Of a stretch of 64,000 nucleotides of DNA, positions 17,319 through 27,363 are shown piece after piece. The notes beneath the pieces are model-generated. The model saw only the letters and a program-made list of their open reading frames with translations. It was not told where the DNA came from and ran no database searches. Origin of the DNA: Chloroflexota bacterium (GTDB lineage Bacteria; Chloroflexota; Dehalococcoidia; UBA2979); the NCBI GenBank assembly GCA_947479915.1, contig CANKAU010000001.1, positions 21,957 through 85,956 on the forward strand. Reading direction: 5' to 3'. The translations under genes were made by a program, and so were the position numbers. Each line of letters starts with the position of its first letter. The first letter of the stretch is position 1.

Positions 17319-17939
17319 TTACGCGAGGGCTTCCTCGATGAGGGCGCGGAACTCGCTGAGCTCGGCGTCGCGCCAGTCCTCAGCGTGGTCCCACGTGAGG
17401 AGCTGGTACTTGGCGCGGGCCTCTTCGTAGGCGGGGGTGTCGCGCTCGACGCCCTCCATCACCTTGCGGAGGGCCGGCATCTCGGCGTTGGCGCGGTCGG
17501 CGCGCTCGATCCAGTGGCCGAGGTAGTTGTGGTTGCCGTCGTAGAAGACCACGGTCGGGACGGACTCGAACTCACCGTCCTTCAGGAACTCGGCCATGAT
17601 GTCCTTGTTGAGGTCGCGCAGGAAGAAGCGCGTCTCCATGCCGGTCAGCTCGCCGATGCGCGCGACGACGGGCAGCCCGCGCCAGACGTCCGGGCACCAG
17701 TCCTCGCCGATGACCAGCACCTTGACGCCCTTGGAGGCGACGAGGGCCTTCACGGCCTCGATGTCGGCCATGTCCGGCACCCACTCGTCGTAGTGGCGCT
17801 GGAAGGTTTCCTTGTTCTTCTCGATCGCGGCCATCCAGGCGGCGAAGGAGGGCATGCCCTCCTTGAAGCGCTCGGGGGTGACGACGGAGTTCGCCGGCGG
17901 CGGCGTCAACTTCGCGAGGATCGTGGAGGCAGCGGTCAT
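17319..17939 (-). CDS. Thioredoxin-fold family protein
   Basis: 206 aa from ATG 17939 (AGGTGA SD 7 nt upstream). Core VLVIGEDWCPDVWRGLPVV...VPTVVFYD is typical of thioredoxin-like proteins with a single Cys. The upstream 285 aa of the track ORF are Arg/Pro-rich and antisense to the mazG region. Confidence 0.7.
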   Translation of the reverse strand: MTAASTILAKLTPPPANSVVTPERFKEGMPSFAAWMAAIEKNKETFQRHYDEWVPDMADIEAVKALVASKGVKVLVIGEDWCPDVWRGLPVVARIGELTGMETRFFLRDLNKDIMAEFLKDGEFESVPTVVFYDGNHNYLGHWIERADRANAEMPALRKVMEGVERDTPAYEEARAKYQLLTWDHAEDWRDAELSEFRALIEEALA

Positions 17940-18079
17940 ATCGGTCTCACCTGTTTCCAGCATTGCGGGCGGTCTTATCTCACGCCCCGGCGCCGCGGGG
18001 TGCGGCGCGTGCCCGGAGGGCATCGGCGGGGTGGTGGTGTGGTGACACAGTACCACGCGACCGCGAGGCACAGGATTTT

Positions 18080-19135
18080 CTATCGCGCCTCGGAAGTCGG
18101 AGCATCTGACGCGGCCGGAACGTCGAGGGCACCCCATGTCGCGCGGTGCGCCCCCTGTGGAAGCGCGTCGATCTCGACGCCCGTGTTGCGGGCGCTCGCC
18201 TCGAGGTCCGCGAAGGCGGCGGTGAAGCGCTGGGCAGCTTCGCGCAGCGCTTCCTCCGCGTTCAGGTCGGCTGCTTCCGCCACGCGCACGGCTGCGACGA
18301 GCAGCGCCAGCGGGTCGCCCGCTTCGATTGCCGCATGGGCCGCATCGAGGGGGCGCGCGGGGGCGTCCGCGAGGCCGGCACGCCGGGCGCGCGAGAGCAG
18401 CGACTGGACGCGCTGGAGCGCCGGCGCTGCCTTCGGTACGGAGTCGAGGGCGCCCGGGGGCGGGGCGTCGGCGGCGGCACCATCGGCCTCCCGTTCGGCG
18501 CGCTTGATCGCCTCCCAGCGGTCCAGGAGCTCCTCGTTCGAGCCGGCCTCTTCGTCGCCGAAGACGTGCGGGTGGCGGCGGACGAACTTCGCGTGGGCGT
18601 AGGCGGCCACGTCCTCCGCGGTGAAGCGCCCCGCCTGCTGGGCGAGCGCGGTCTGCATGAAGAGGTGCGCCATCAGGTCGCCCAGCTCCTCGCGCATCCC
18701 GGCGGCATCGTCGCGGTCGATCGCGTCGACGAGCTCGTAGGCCTCTTCGAGGAGGTAGCGGCGCAGGGTCTGCGGCGTCTGATCGCGATCCCACGGGCAG
18801 CCGTCCGGCGCGAACAGCCGCTCCATCACACCGCGCAGTCCGGCGATTGAGGCGCGGTCATCCTCCGGTGCCAGGCAGGGCAGATGCCACGCGTCGGCAT
18901 CGAGGGGCAGCGCCGCGACCGGCGTTACCTCGACGTTGCCCTGACGCAGGATGCGAGCCGCCGTCGCGGGCGCGTACCGCAGGCGCACGAGGGGCCGCGC
19001 CGCCTCGAACTGCGGCGCGAGCACCAGCAGGCCACGAGCGGCGTCGAAGCGCGGGTGCGCGGGGTCGAAGGCCTGCACCTCGTGGGGGGCGAGGCCGAGC
19101 GCGGCGGTCACGGCGTCGAGCGAGGGGGTGGGCAT
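18080..19135 (-). CDS. mazG: MazG-family nucleoside triphosphate pyrophosphohydrolase with an N-terminal ~110-aa extension
   Basis: 351 aa. MazG signatures CPWDRDQTPQTLRRYLLEEAYELVDAI and EELGDLMAHL, plus a second MazG repeat (RHPHVFGD...). Confidence 0.85.
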   Translation of the reverse strand: MPTPSLDAVTAALGLAPHEVQAFDPAHPRFDAARGLLVLAPQFEAARPLVRLRYAPATAARILRQGNVEVTPVAALPLDADAWHLPCLAPEDDRASIAGLRGVMERLFAPDGCPWDRDQTPQTLRRYLLEEAYELVDAIDRDDAAGMREELGDLMAHLFMQTALAQQAGRFTAEDVAAYAHAKFVRRHPHVFGDEEAGSNEELLDRWEAIKRAEREADGAAADAPPPGALDSVPKAAPALQRVQSLLSRARRAGLADAPARPLDAAHAAIEAGDPLALLVAAVRVAEAADLNAEEALREAAQRFTAAFADLEASARNTGVEIDALPQGAHRATWGALDVPAASDAPTSEAR

Positions 19136-19179
19136 GGCCCGAGTATACCGGCCCGCCCGGACGCACCTACACTGGCGGC

Positions 19180-19959
19180 ATGTACGCAGCTCGCTGGCTC
19201 GCCTCCGCCGCTTTCCTCGTGTGCATCCCCGTGTTCCTGCTGCTCAGCAACGTGCGGATCGCGGCGACCGAGGAGGCCGTCTTCCACTACGGCTTCTCTG
19301 CGTACAACGTTCCGGCGGTCACCGGGCTGGAGCGCTCGCAACTGGATCGCGCAGCGCACGAGATCGTCCTCTATTTCACCTCGGGCGACCCCACGTCGCT
19401 CCTCGACATCCGCGTGACCACGCCGGGTGGTGACTCGCAGCCGCTCTACAACGAGCGCGAGATCATCCACATGCGCGACGTGAAGCAGATGTTCCAGTTC
19501 TTCTTCCGCATGCACGAGGTCGCGTTCGCCTACATCGTGGTCTACGTCGCGGGCGTGTACCTGTGGAGCCGCGAGCAGTCGCTGCGCCGCCTCGCGCGGC
19601 AGGGGGTGACCGCCGGGATCGTCACGGCCGTCGCGCTGGGCCTCGGCGCGGTCGCGATGCTGATCGGCTTCGACCAGCTGTTTGTCGCGTTCCACGTCCT
19701 GTCGTTCTCGAACGACTTCTGGCAGCTCGACCCGGCGACGGACCGCCTCGTGCAGATGTTCCCGCTGAATTTCTGGTTCGACGTCTCCATCGGCGTCGGC
19801 GTGCTCACGATCGTCGAGGGCGGCCTGATCGCGCTCGCGGGCTACGCCTACCTCGAGTGGAGCGAGCGGCGCGCCGAGCGCCGTCGTCGCGCCCGCCAGC
19901 GCGCGCGCGCCGAGGCCGAGGGCATCATCGTCACTCCGGAGGCGCCGAGCACGCCGTAG
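19180..19959 (+). CDS. Integral membrane protein, TIGR01906/DUF1461-like
   Basis: 259 aa from ATG 19180 (MYAARWLASAAFLVCIPVFLLL). Four hydrophobic helices with an extracytoplasmic loop, and a family-typical ...FHVLSFSNDFWQLDP... segment. Confidence 0.6.
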   Translation: MYAARWLASAAFLVCIPVFLLLSNVRIAATEEAVFHYGFSAYNVPAVTGLERSQLDRAAHEIVLYFTSGDPTSLLDIRVTTPGGDSQPLYNEREIIHMRDVKQMFQFFFRMHEVAFAYIVVYVAGVYLWSREQSLRRLARQGVTAGIVTAVALGLGAVAMLIGFDQLFVAFHVLSFSNDFWQLDPATDRLVQMFPLNFWFDVSIGVGVLTIVEGGLIALAGYAYLEWSERRAERRRRARQRARAEAEGIIVTPEAPSTP

Positions 19960-19968
19960 CGGGCGGCG

Positions 19969-20439
19969 CTAGAACCCGTCCCAGCCCGGCATCGCCGCCG
20001 CCTGCCGCACCCAGTCCGCGAACTGAGCCTCGTCGAGCGCGCCCTCGCGGACGTCGAGGTAGCGGGTGCCCTCGACCTTCGATGCGCCGGGAGGCGACGG
20101 GTCGAGATCAGTGCCGCGGAAGAACGCGACCCGGATGAACTGCGCGTAGCAGTGGAGGCTCAGGAACCAGCCCTTCCCCTCGACGCCGTAGAACGGCGAG
20201 TTCCAGCGCACGGCCTTCCGCACCCGCGGCACGTGGACCTCGATCAGCGCGTCGAGGCGACGACCGGTGTCGTGCTTCCACTCGAGCATCGCGGCGAGGT
20301 ACGCCTGCGCCGGCGCGTCACCGTCGCCCTTGGGGATCTGCGGGTTGCCGCCGGAGAGGAGCGGCGGCTCGGCCGATCGCAGCGTTGCGGGCTTGCGCGC
20401 GCTCCTGGGCCCTTGCGGTCGAGGGGGTTCGCCGGTCAT
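19969..20439 (-). CDS. DUF1801 (YdhG-like) domain protein
   Basis: 156 aa with a typical ...RKAVRWNSPFYGVEGKGWFLSLHCYAQFIRVAFFRG... core. Confidence 0.6.
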   Translation of the reverse strand: MTGEPPRPQGPRSARKPATLRSAEPPLLSGGNPQIPKGDGDAPAQAYLAAMLEWKHDTGRRLDALIEVHVPRVRKAVRWNSPFYGVEGKGWFLSLHCYAQFIRVAFFRGTDLDPSPPGASKVEGTRYLDVREGALDEAQFADWVRQAAAMPGWDGF

Positions 20440-20511
20440 GGGTCTCCCCGATCCGGTTCTCGTGGCCCGCAGGTCTGCCGCGGGCGGCGCGGATATCCCG
20501 CCTCGAGCCTG

Positions 20512-20832
20512 CTACAGATCGTCGTCCCAGTTGTTGACGCCGCCGTGGTCGCCCGCGTGGCTGTGACCGCCCGGGCCGTGACTGTGGCCGTGGTCGCCCA
20601 TGCCGTCATCGAAGTGATCCTCGGCGCCGTCGAGGAAGTCCTCGGCCTCGCCTTCGCCCAGCTCGGCGATCGGGCGCACGCCACGGATGACGTTCAGGCG
20701 GTTGATGGTCTTGCGGGCGGTGCTCTTCGACTTGCAAGAGGGGCACGGGGCCACGTCGTCGCGCGTCGCGATCGAGCGGCGCAGCTCGAAGCGGTGGCCG
20801 CACTTCTTGCAGTTGTAGTCGTAGCTCGGCAT
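20512..20832 (-). CDS. FmdB-family putative regulatory zinc-ribbon protein with an acidic His/Gly-rich tail
   Basis: 106 aa from ATG 20832: MPSYDYNCKKCGHRFE...APCPSCKS (CxxC...CxxC), then a tail GMGDHGHSHGPGGHSHAGDHGG. Confidence 0.75.
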   Translation of the reverse strand: MPSYDYNCKKCGHRFELRRSIATRDDVAPCPSCKSKSTARKTINRLNVIRGVRPIAELGEGEAEDFLDGAEDHFDDGMGDHGHSHGPGGHSHAGDHGGVNNWDDDL

Positions 20833-20935
20833 CGGTCGTGTCCTCGTCGGAATCGCTGAAACGGGCCTCCCGAGGTTTGCTCGAGAGGCCCGCAGGTCTG
20901 GCATCGGCGGCGCGGCTATCCCGCGCGTGAGCCGA

Positions 20936-22468
20936 TTAGTCGAGGTAGTCCTTGAGCTTCTTGGAGCGCGTGGGGTGGCGCAGCTTGCGGAGCGCCTTCG
21001 CCTCGATCTGACGGATGCGCTCGCGCGTCACGTTGAACTCGCGGCCGACCTCCTCGAGGGTGCGCGAGCGGCCGTCTTCCAGGCCGAAGCGCAGCTCCAG
21101 CACCTTCCGCTCGCGCGGGGTGAGGCTGGAGAGCACGTCCATCACCTGCTCCTTGAGCAGCTGGTGGGACGCGGCATCCGAGGGCGCCAGCGCGGACGGG
21201 TCCTCCAGGAAGTCACCGAGGTGGGAGTCCTCCTCTTCACCGATCGGCGTCTCCAGCGACACCGGCTCCTGCGAGACCTTCATGATCTCGCGGACGCGGT
21301 CGGCCGGAAGCTCCAGCTCCTTGCCGATCTCCTCGGGGGTCGGCTCGCGGCCGAACTCCTGGACGAGGCGGCGCTGGATGCGGACGAGCTTGTTGATCGT
21401 CTCCACCATGTGCACGGGGATACGGATCGTTCGAGCCTGATCCGCGATTGCTCGCGTGATCGCCTGCCGGATCCACCACGTGGCGTAGGTGGAGAACTTG
21501 AAGCCCTTGCGGTAGTCGAACTTCTCCACCGCACGGATCAGGCCGATGTTGCCTTCCTGGATCAGGTCCAGGAGCGACATGCCACGGCCGATGTACTTCT
21601 TGGCGACCGATACCACGAGGCGCAGGTTCGCCTCCGTCAGCTGTCGCTCGGAACGGCGTCCGTCGTAGATGAGCTTCTCGAAGTAGTACTGGAGGCCGCC
21701 GCCGTGCTGCTCCTGCAGCTTCTCGGCGAGGTTGCGCGCGGGCGGGAAGACCTTGCCCTCGGTGCCCGCGATGTCAGCGGCCCAGCGGACGTGCTCCGGC
21801 CGCATGATGTGGGTGATGATCGAGTGACGGATCAGCGCAGCGTGCGCGCGCTCCTCGTCCCACTTCATCTCCTTCATCAGCGCCTTGTGCATCGCCTCGT
21901 CCAGGTCGCCGTCCAGCGTGCGGCGGAACATCGCGTCCGCGATGCGCTCCGACACCGACTGGCGCGGCAGGTCGAGGTGGCGCGAGACGGCCTGGTAGAC
22001 GGGCCGGTCGTGGTGGAACTGCCGCAGCAGCTCTACGAACACCTCGCCCCAGGTCGGCTCCTCGCCGTTCTCCTCGCGGTAGTCCTCGAGGATCTGCTCG
22101 ACGTGCAGCCATTCCTCGATGGCGCGGGAGAGGCGCTTCTCGTCGTCTGCGGTCAGCAGCGAGACCTTGCCGATCTCGCGCAGGTACATGCGCACCGGGT
22201 CGTCGATGCCGGCGACCTCGTCCACGATGCGGCGGGCGGCGTCCACGACGCCCCCGGCCTCGCGGCCCGCGATCGGGTCGATGCGGACGGTGATGCCGTT
22301 CTCGGACAGCTGCGAGATGACCGAGGAGAGCTTCTCAGCGCTGACCTCCGCGTCCGGGATCGCCTCCAGCACGTCCTCCGCGCTCACCGAGCCGGAGCGA
22401 CGCCCCTTGTTCAGCAGCGCTTCAAGGCCGGCATCCGCGATGCTGGTGTCTTCAAAGGCCTGTGTCAT
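20936..22468 (-). CDS. rpoD: Primary RNA polymerase sigma factor (sigma-70 group 1)
   Basis: 510 aa. Region 2 [40 protein letters not shown], region 3/4 and the C-terminal [13 protein letters not shown]. The start overlaps the dnaG stop by 4 nt. Confidence 0.95.
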   Translation of the reverse strand: MTQAFEDTSIADAGLEALLNKGRRSGSVSAEDVLEAIPDAEVSAEKLSSVISQLSENGITVRIDPIAGREAGGVVDAARRIVDEVAGIDDPVRMYLREIGKVSLLTADDEKRLSRAIEEWLHVEQILEDYREENGEEPTWGEVFVELLRQFHHDRPVYQAVSRHLDLPRQSVSERIADAMFRRTLDGDLDEAMHKALMKEMKWDEERAHAALIRHSIITHIMRPEHVRWAADIAGTEGKVFPPARNLAEKLQEQHGGGLQYYFEKLIYDGRRSERQLTEANLRLVVSVAKKYIGRGMSLLDLIQEGNIGLIRAVEKFDYRKGFKFSTYATWWIRQAITRAIADQARTIRIPVHMVETINKLVRIQRRLVQEFGREPTPEEIGKELELPADRVREIMKVSQEPVSLETPIGEEEDSHLGDFLEDPSALAPSDAASHQLLKEQVMDVLSSLTPRERKVLELRFGLEDGRSRTLEEVGREFNVTRERIRQIEAKALRKLRHPTRSKKLKDYLD

Positions 22469-24393
22469 GCGATTCCCCTCTCACCCGGGTCGCCGTCGTC
22501 TGCCGATCGGCGCCCGGTCGCTATCTGATACGCGCGCGTCAGCTCTCGCTGCCGCTGGATCGTTTGCGTGAACTCATCGGTCGCGCTGTCGAGGTCCTCG
22601 ACCGCGCCGTCCTCCTCGAAAGCCCCGCCAGGCGTGACCGGCACGCCGAGGCGTGCCGCCCGCAGGGACTGTGCCTGCTCCACGGCGGTCAAGCGCAGCC
22701 GCGCCGCCGCCCGACCCAGCCGCAGGCGCTGGGCCATGTCATCCACCATCGGCCCGATGTGCTTCGGGTCGTAGTCCGGAAGGGCGCTCGCCATGAGGAA
22801 CGTGTAGCGCTCGCGGATGGACTCATCGAACTCGTCGAGGCGTTCCTCGAAGTCGACGCTTTCCGCCCATGCGGCGAAGAGCGCCCGGTTCACTGAGTCC
22901 TCGAACGTGTCGTGGTCCAGCGCGACACCGGCACCGCGCGCCTCGCGGCGCTGCACGAGGAGGCGCAGCAACTGCGTCTCGCCGTCGGGCGGGGCGGCTG
23001 GCTGCTTCTTCGCCGCAGCCACCTCGCGCGGTGTCGCCACGGGGCGAGGTCGCCCTGCGGCACGCTGCGCGAGGAGGTTGAGCACCGTGCGCTCGTCGAC
23101 CTGTCCAATGCGAGCGAGCCGCTGGACATAATGTGACTTCACGACCGGGTCGGCCATCGCCGCGATCGTCGGCAGCAGAGCCTCGACGGCGCGGGAGCGG
23201 GAGCGCGGGTCGGCGGCGTCCGTGGCGCGCGTGACCGCGACGAACAGGTGGTCGGCTACCGGCAGCGCCTCGCGGATCAGCGCGCGCAGCGCCTCCGGGT
23301 CGCGCCGCACGAGGCTGTCGGGGTCGTCGCCAGCGGGGAGCGTGGTCACGCGGATGTCCGCCTGCAGCACGTCCTGGTAGGTCACCAGCCCGCGCCAGTC
23401 GATCGTCGCGACCGTCGCGTGATCCGCGACCCCGGCGGCCACCTCGACGCCGCGCAGCGCGGCCTCGGAGCCGGCATTGTCGGCGTCCAGCGCGAGCACG
23501 ACGTTCTGCGTGTACCGCTTGAGCAGCGTCATCTGCTTCTCGGTGATTGAGGTGCCGTTCGAGGCGACCACGTTCTCGATGCCGAACTGGTGCGCCGCGA
23601 TCACGTCCATGTAGCCCTCGACGACGACCGCCTGGTCGAGGCGACGGCAGGCGTCGGCGGCGCGGTCGAGGCCGTAGAGGTTCGCGCTCTTGTCGAAGAG
23701 CGGCGTCTGCGGCGTGTTCAGGTACTTCGGCTCGTCGTCGGGGCGCATCGCGCGCGCGCCGAAACCGATCAGGCGGCGTCGGGCGTCCCGTGTCGGGAAG
23801 ATCAGCCGGTCGCGGAAGCGGTCGTACAGCCCCCGGTCGCCCTCCAGCGCGAGTCCCGCCTCGACGAGGTCGGCGGCGGTGAACCCGCGCGCTACGAGGT
23901 GGTCGACGAGCCCGTTCCACCCGGCGGGGGCATAGCCGAGCTGCCAGGTGGAGATCGTCGCCTCGTCCAGTCCGCGGCGGGCGGCGTATTCGCGCGCATC
24001 GGCGCCGTCCGGGCCCGCGAGGGCAGCCTGGAAGAACACCGCGGCAGCCTCGTTCGCGGCGAGGAGACGGGCGTGCTGCTCGCGCTCCTCGGCCTCGCGA
24101 GGGCTGGGCGGACGCAGCTCCACGCCGGCGCGCTCCGCGCAAAGGCGCAGCGCCTCCTTGAAGTCGAGACCTTCCTTGCGGCGGACGAACTCGATCACGT
24201 CGCCGCCCGTGGAGCATGCGCCGAAGCAGTGCCAGGTCCCGCGCTCGGGGTCGACGTTGAAGGACGGCGTCTTCTCGGAATGGAACGGGCAGCGAGCCTT
24301 CCACGTCCGGCCCGCCTTCTTCAGGTCGGGAGCGTACGCGCGTACGGTCTCGACGATGTCGAGCCGGGCCTTCACGTCGTCAATGGTGCTCAT
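22465..24393 (-). CDS. dnaG: DNA primase
   Basis: 642 aa. Zinc finger [13 protein letters not shown]...[16 protein letters not shown], a TOPRIM domain (VVEGYMDV...LALDADNAG) and a C-terminal DnaB-binding region. Confidence 0.95.
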   Translation of the reverse strand: MSTIDDVKARLDIVETVRAYAPDLKKAGRTWKARCPFHSEKTPSFNVDPERGTWHCFGACSTGGDVIEFVRRKEGLDFKEALRLCAERAGVELRPPSPREAEEREQHARLLAANEAAAVFFQAALAGPDGADAREYAARRGLDEATISTWQLGYAPAGWNGLVDHLVARGFTAADLVEAGLALEGDRGLYDRFRDRLIFPTRDARRRLIGFGARAMRPDDEPKYLNTPQTPLFDKSANLYGLDRAADACRRLDQAVVVEGYMDVIAAHQFGIENVVASNGTSITEKQMTLLKRYTQNVVLALDADNAGSEAALRGVEVAAGVADHATVATIDWRGLVTYQDVLQADIRVTTLPAGDDPDSLVRRDPEALRALIREALPVADHLFVAVTRATDAADPRSRSRAVEALLPTIAAMADPVVKSHYVQRLARIGQVDERTVLNLLAQRAAGRPRPVATPREVAAAKKQPAAPPDGETQLLRLLVQRREARGAGVALDHDTFEDSVNRALFAAWAESVDFEERLDEFDESIRERYTFLMASALPDYDPKHIGPMVDDMAQRLRLGRAAARLRLTAVEQAQSLRAARLGVPVTPGGAFEEDGAVEDLDSATDEFTQTIQRQRELTRAYQIATGRRSADDGDPGERGIA

Positions 24394-24483
24394 CTACTGA
24401 GTTAGACACCGAAATCCACGAATGGTTACGGGCTGATGCGCCGGATCGCGACTTTCTTCGCTCCGGAGGGCGAAATCCGCCCC

Positions 24484-24903
24484 CTAGGGCTGCGCCATCG
24501 GGAAGACGGGCGGCGGCGGCGTCGGGGGACGCTGGCGGATGCGCTCGGCGAGGCTCGCCTCCCGCTCGACGATGCCATCCACGAGCGCCTTCGCCGAGGA
24601 GACGTCGGCGTCGTCGGCCTCGAGGTAGCGACGGCTGCGGTAGCTGGCTCCGGCAAGGGCGTGCACGACCTGCGGCGGCAGCGGACGGCCGGCTGCCGGA
24701 GCGGTAGCCGCCTCCGTGCGCACCTCGGCGTTCTCGCGCTGCTCGATCTCGGCGAGGGCGGCGAGCGCCTGCACGATCGTCTGTCCCCCGCCGAGGTCCG
24801 CGCCGAAGTCGTGCTCCGTCAGACCCTCGAGGGCGCCGAGCAGCGCGCGGCGGGACTCGTCGAGGCGGGCGCGGAGGGCGTCGCGAAGCGCGGCGTCGAG
24901 CAT
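24484..24903 (-). CDS. Hypothetical protein (helical; possibly DinB-like)
   Basis: 139 aa from ATG 24903 (MLDAALRDALRARLDESRRALLGALEGLTEHDF...). The upstream part of the 397-aa track ORF is Arg-rich and overlaps the next gene. Function is not supported by any motif. Confidence 0.45.
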   Translation of the reverse strand: MLDAALRDALRARLDESRRALLGALEGLTEHDFGADLGGGQTIVQALAALAEIEQRENAEVRTEAATAPAAGRPLPPQVVHALAGASYRSRRYLEADDADVSSAKALVDGIVEREASLAERIRQRPPTPPPPVFPMAQP

Positions 24904-24917
24904 CAGGCCTCCTCGGC

Positions 24918-25967
24918 CTAGCGGGGGTAAACGTCGTCGGCGAGGACGTCGTCGTGGATGGCGTCGCTGGAGAGTCGCACGGTGATCCGCGTGAGGTCGA
25001 CCTGTTTCAGGTCGGGGAACGGGACGTCCAGCGCCTTGCCCGGCTCGATGATCGCCTCGCGCGCCTCGCGACCGAGGAGCGTGGTGCTCGGGAGCGGCTC
25101 GCGCACGGTCAGGTTGAACGTGCCACGGACGGGGATCGGGCTGTCGTTCTGCACGGTCACCACGAGGTGTCGGTCGTCCCCGGCGGCGACCGCCTTCGTG
25201 ATCCCGAGGTTGTTCGGACGATCCGGCTCGATGATCCCGGTCCACGTGTTGTTGTCGATCTTCGCCTCGCGGTTCGCGGGCTCGGTCTGCACCGTCAGCG
25301 TGAGGCGCGCACGCAGCTGGACGTACTCGCCGGGCACGGTCACCTCGACGCGCTCCCTGGCGCGTAGCGGCTCGCCGGCCTTCGTCTCGATGACCACCGG
25401 CGCGCCGTCGTTGACTGCGACCAGCAGCGGCGTCGGCAGGTCGCCCGGCCCGTCGTTCACGATCACGGCGACCAGTCGGTTGTTGCGGCTCGACGCGGCT
25501 TCGATGCGCAGGTCGGGCAGATCCACGGGCCGCTGTGCGCTCACCGGCGGTGGTGGCGCTGCGTTCTTCGCGTCCATGATCACGGCGAGGCGGCCCGCAT
25601 CCCGCACGCCCTCGACGGCGTCGGCGGGCACCCATCCCACGACGTCCGGCGCGCTGGCGAGGCTGATCACGAGCCACGAGCTGTCCACCGACCGGCCGAG
25701 GACGAGCACGCTGCCGCCCGCTGGCAGCCGCGACACGATGCCCGTGTCCGGCGCGGGGCCCTCGCGCAGCTCGATGGCGCGGCGGAGTGACAGCGGGACC
25801 GGCGTCGCGGTCGCGGAGGTACTGGAGGGGAGCGAGATGTTGATGCCGCTGCGCCGGGCCAACAGCGCGGCGGCCGTCGCCGTCAGCGTCGCGATCACGA
25901 CGACTGCGATCACGATGCCCATGATTCGGAAGGTGCGCCGATCGCCTGCAGGGGATGGCTCTAGCAT
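24918..25967 (-). CDS. Single-pass membrane protein with an SH3b-like domain and two CARDB/Ig-like beta modules
   Basis: 349 aa from ATG 25967. TM segment IMGIVIAVVVIATLTATAAALLA. SH3-like IELREGPAPDTGIVSRLPAGGSVLVLGRS...WLV...GWVPADAV. Then two similar beta-rich modules (RLVAVIVNDGPGDL..., HLVVTVQNDSPIPV...). Confidence 0.6.
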   Translation of the reverse strand: MLEPSPAGDRRTFRIMGIVIAVVVIATLTATAAALLARRSGINISLPSSTSATATPVPLSLRRAIELREGPAPDTGIVSRLPAGGSVLVLGRSVDSSWLVISLASAPDVVGWVPADAVEGVRDAGRLAVIMDAKNAAPPPPVSAQRPVDLPDLRIEAASSRNNRLVAVIVNDGPGDLPTPLLVAVNDGAPVVIETKAGEPLRARERVEVTVPGEYVQLRARLTLTVQTEPANREAKIDNNTWTGIIEPDRPNNLGITKAVAAGDDRHLVVTVQNDSPIPVRGTFNLTVREPLPSTTLLGREAREAIIEPGKALDVPFPDLKQVDLTRITVRLSSDAIHDDVLADDVYPR

Positions 25968-26076
25968 CGCCCGAACCTCGAGGTAGCGCGTGGCCTGCCA
26001 GTCGTGCGAAAGCCCGCGGTGATCCTCATGCGGGCATTCTGCGCGAAGCGGGCCATCTCGTCTCGCACGGGGCCGG

Positions 26077-27129
26077 TCATCGGGTGGGTCCGGCGACCAG
26101 CCCGAGGGTGTGCGCGCGCTTCGCCGCGTAGCCATCGGTCATGCCCGAGACGTAGTCGGCTGCGCGACGCCACGGCGGGTCGTCCGCGAGCGCGAAGCCG
26201 GGGATGCGATCGGGGTGCGCCACGTAGTAGTGGAACAGCGCCTCGACGACCTCCTGCCCGCGGCGCGCCTCGCGCAGCGTGGACTCGTCGAGGTAGACGC
26301 GCTGGAACATGAACTCGCGCAGGGTGTCCGTCGCCTCCAGCACGCGCTCGCCGAGCTGGATCGTCGGGTGATCGGTCTCGAACGTCTCGGCCGAGGCGAG
26401 CACGCAGTCCATGACCAGCGTCTCGATGCGCCGGGAGTGCGAGTCACCCAGGATCTCGTGCACCTGCTTCGGCAGCACGGCCTCGGAGACGAGTCCGGCG
26501 CGGATCGCGTCCTGGATGTCGTGGTTGAGGTAGGCGATGGAGTCGGCCAGCTTCACGATCTGGCCCTCGAGGGTGCTGGAGAAGCCCCAGGCCTCCGCTG
26601 CGACGGACTCGCGCGTCTTCGAGTGCTTCAGGATGCCCTCGCGCGTCTCGGCCGTGAGGTTCAGGCCCCGCCCGCCGTTTTCGAGGAACTCCACGATGCG
26701 CAAGGACTGCTCGTTGTGGCGAAAGCCGTCGGGCAGCAGGCTCGCGAGGGTCTCCTCGCCGGCGTGGCCGAACGGCGTGTGGCCGAGGTCATGGCCCCAC
26801 GCGACCGCCTCCGTCAGGTCCTCGTTCAGGTTCAGGGCGCGCGCGATCGTGCGGGCGACCTGCTGGACCTCGATCGTGTGGGTCATCCGGGTCACCACGT
26901 GATCGGAGTCCGGGTGCACGAAGACCTGGGTCTTGTGTTTCAGCCGCCGGAAGGCGCGGGTGTGGATGATGCGGTCGCGGTCGACCTGGAAGGCCAGTCT
27001 TAGCGGATCCGGCTCCTCCGGGCGGTCGCGACCGGCCGAGGTGGCCTCGCGGGCGGCGAGGGGCGAGAGGGCGGCCTCGTGCGCCTCGACGGGGGCACGG
27101 AAGCGGGCGAACGTGTCTCGCAGGGCCAT
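26077..27129 (-). CDS. dgt: dGTP triphosphohydrolase-like HD-domain protein
   Basis: 350 aa from ATG 27129. RDRIIHTRAFRRLKHKTQVF, HD motif THTIEV...HDLGHTPFGHAGE and C-terminal YVSGMTD. The remaining ~1000 aa of the track ORF are antisense to ppdK. Confidence 0.85.
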   Translation of the reverse strand: MALRDTFARFRAPVEAHEAALSPLAAREATSAGRDRPEEPDPLRLAFQVDRDRIIHTRAFRRLKHKTQVFVHPDSDHVVTRMTHTIEVQQVARTIARALNLNEDLTEAVAWGHDLGHTPFGHAGEETLASLLPDGFRHNEQSLRIVEFLENGGRGLNLTAETREGILKHSKTRESVAAEAWGFSSTLEGQIVKLADSIAYLNHDIQDAIRAGLVSEAVLPKQVHEILGDSHSRRIETLVMDCVLASAETFETDHPTIQLGERVLEATDTLREFMFQRVYLDESTLREARRGQEVVEALFHYYVAHPDRIPGFALADDPPWRRAADYVSGMTDGYAAKRAHTLGLVAGPTR

Positions 27130-27136
27130 GAGGCCA

Positions 27137-27142
27137 AGTGTG
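27137..27142 (-). promoter_or_regulatory. -10-like box CACACT 7 nt upstream of the dgt ATG (possible leaderless transcript)
   Basis: Minus-strand reading: gcgCACACTtggcctcATG. No SD. A weak hexamer. Confidence 0.25.
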
Positions 27143-27363
27143 CGCCCTCGACTCACCGGAGGCCACCTCCCTGAGATGCGGTCGATAGGCGGGATGGGTG
27201 GGGCGGAAGCGAAATCGCTCGTATACTTTCGCGGTTGGCGCACTCGTGGGCGGGGGTCCCCTGCGAGGAGCGCGCGCGAGTTCCCCACAGCCGGCCACCT
27301 GACCGATCGGCGTTGCAGGACGCGGACGGCTGCGGCTTTGGCTCCCGGAATGGAAGGTGCCCG

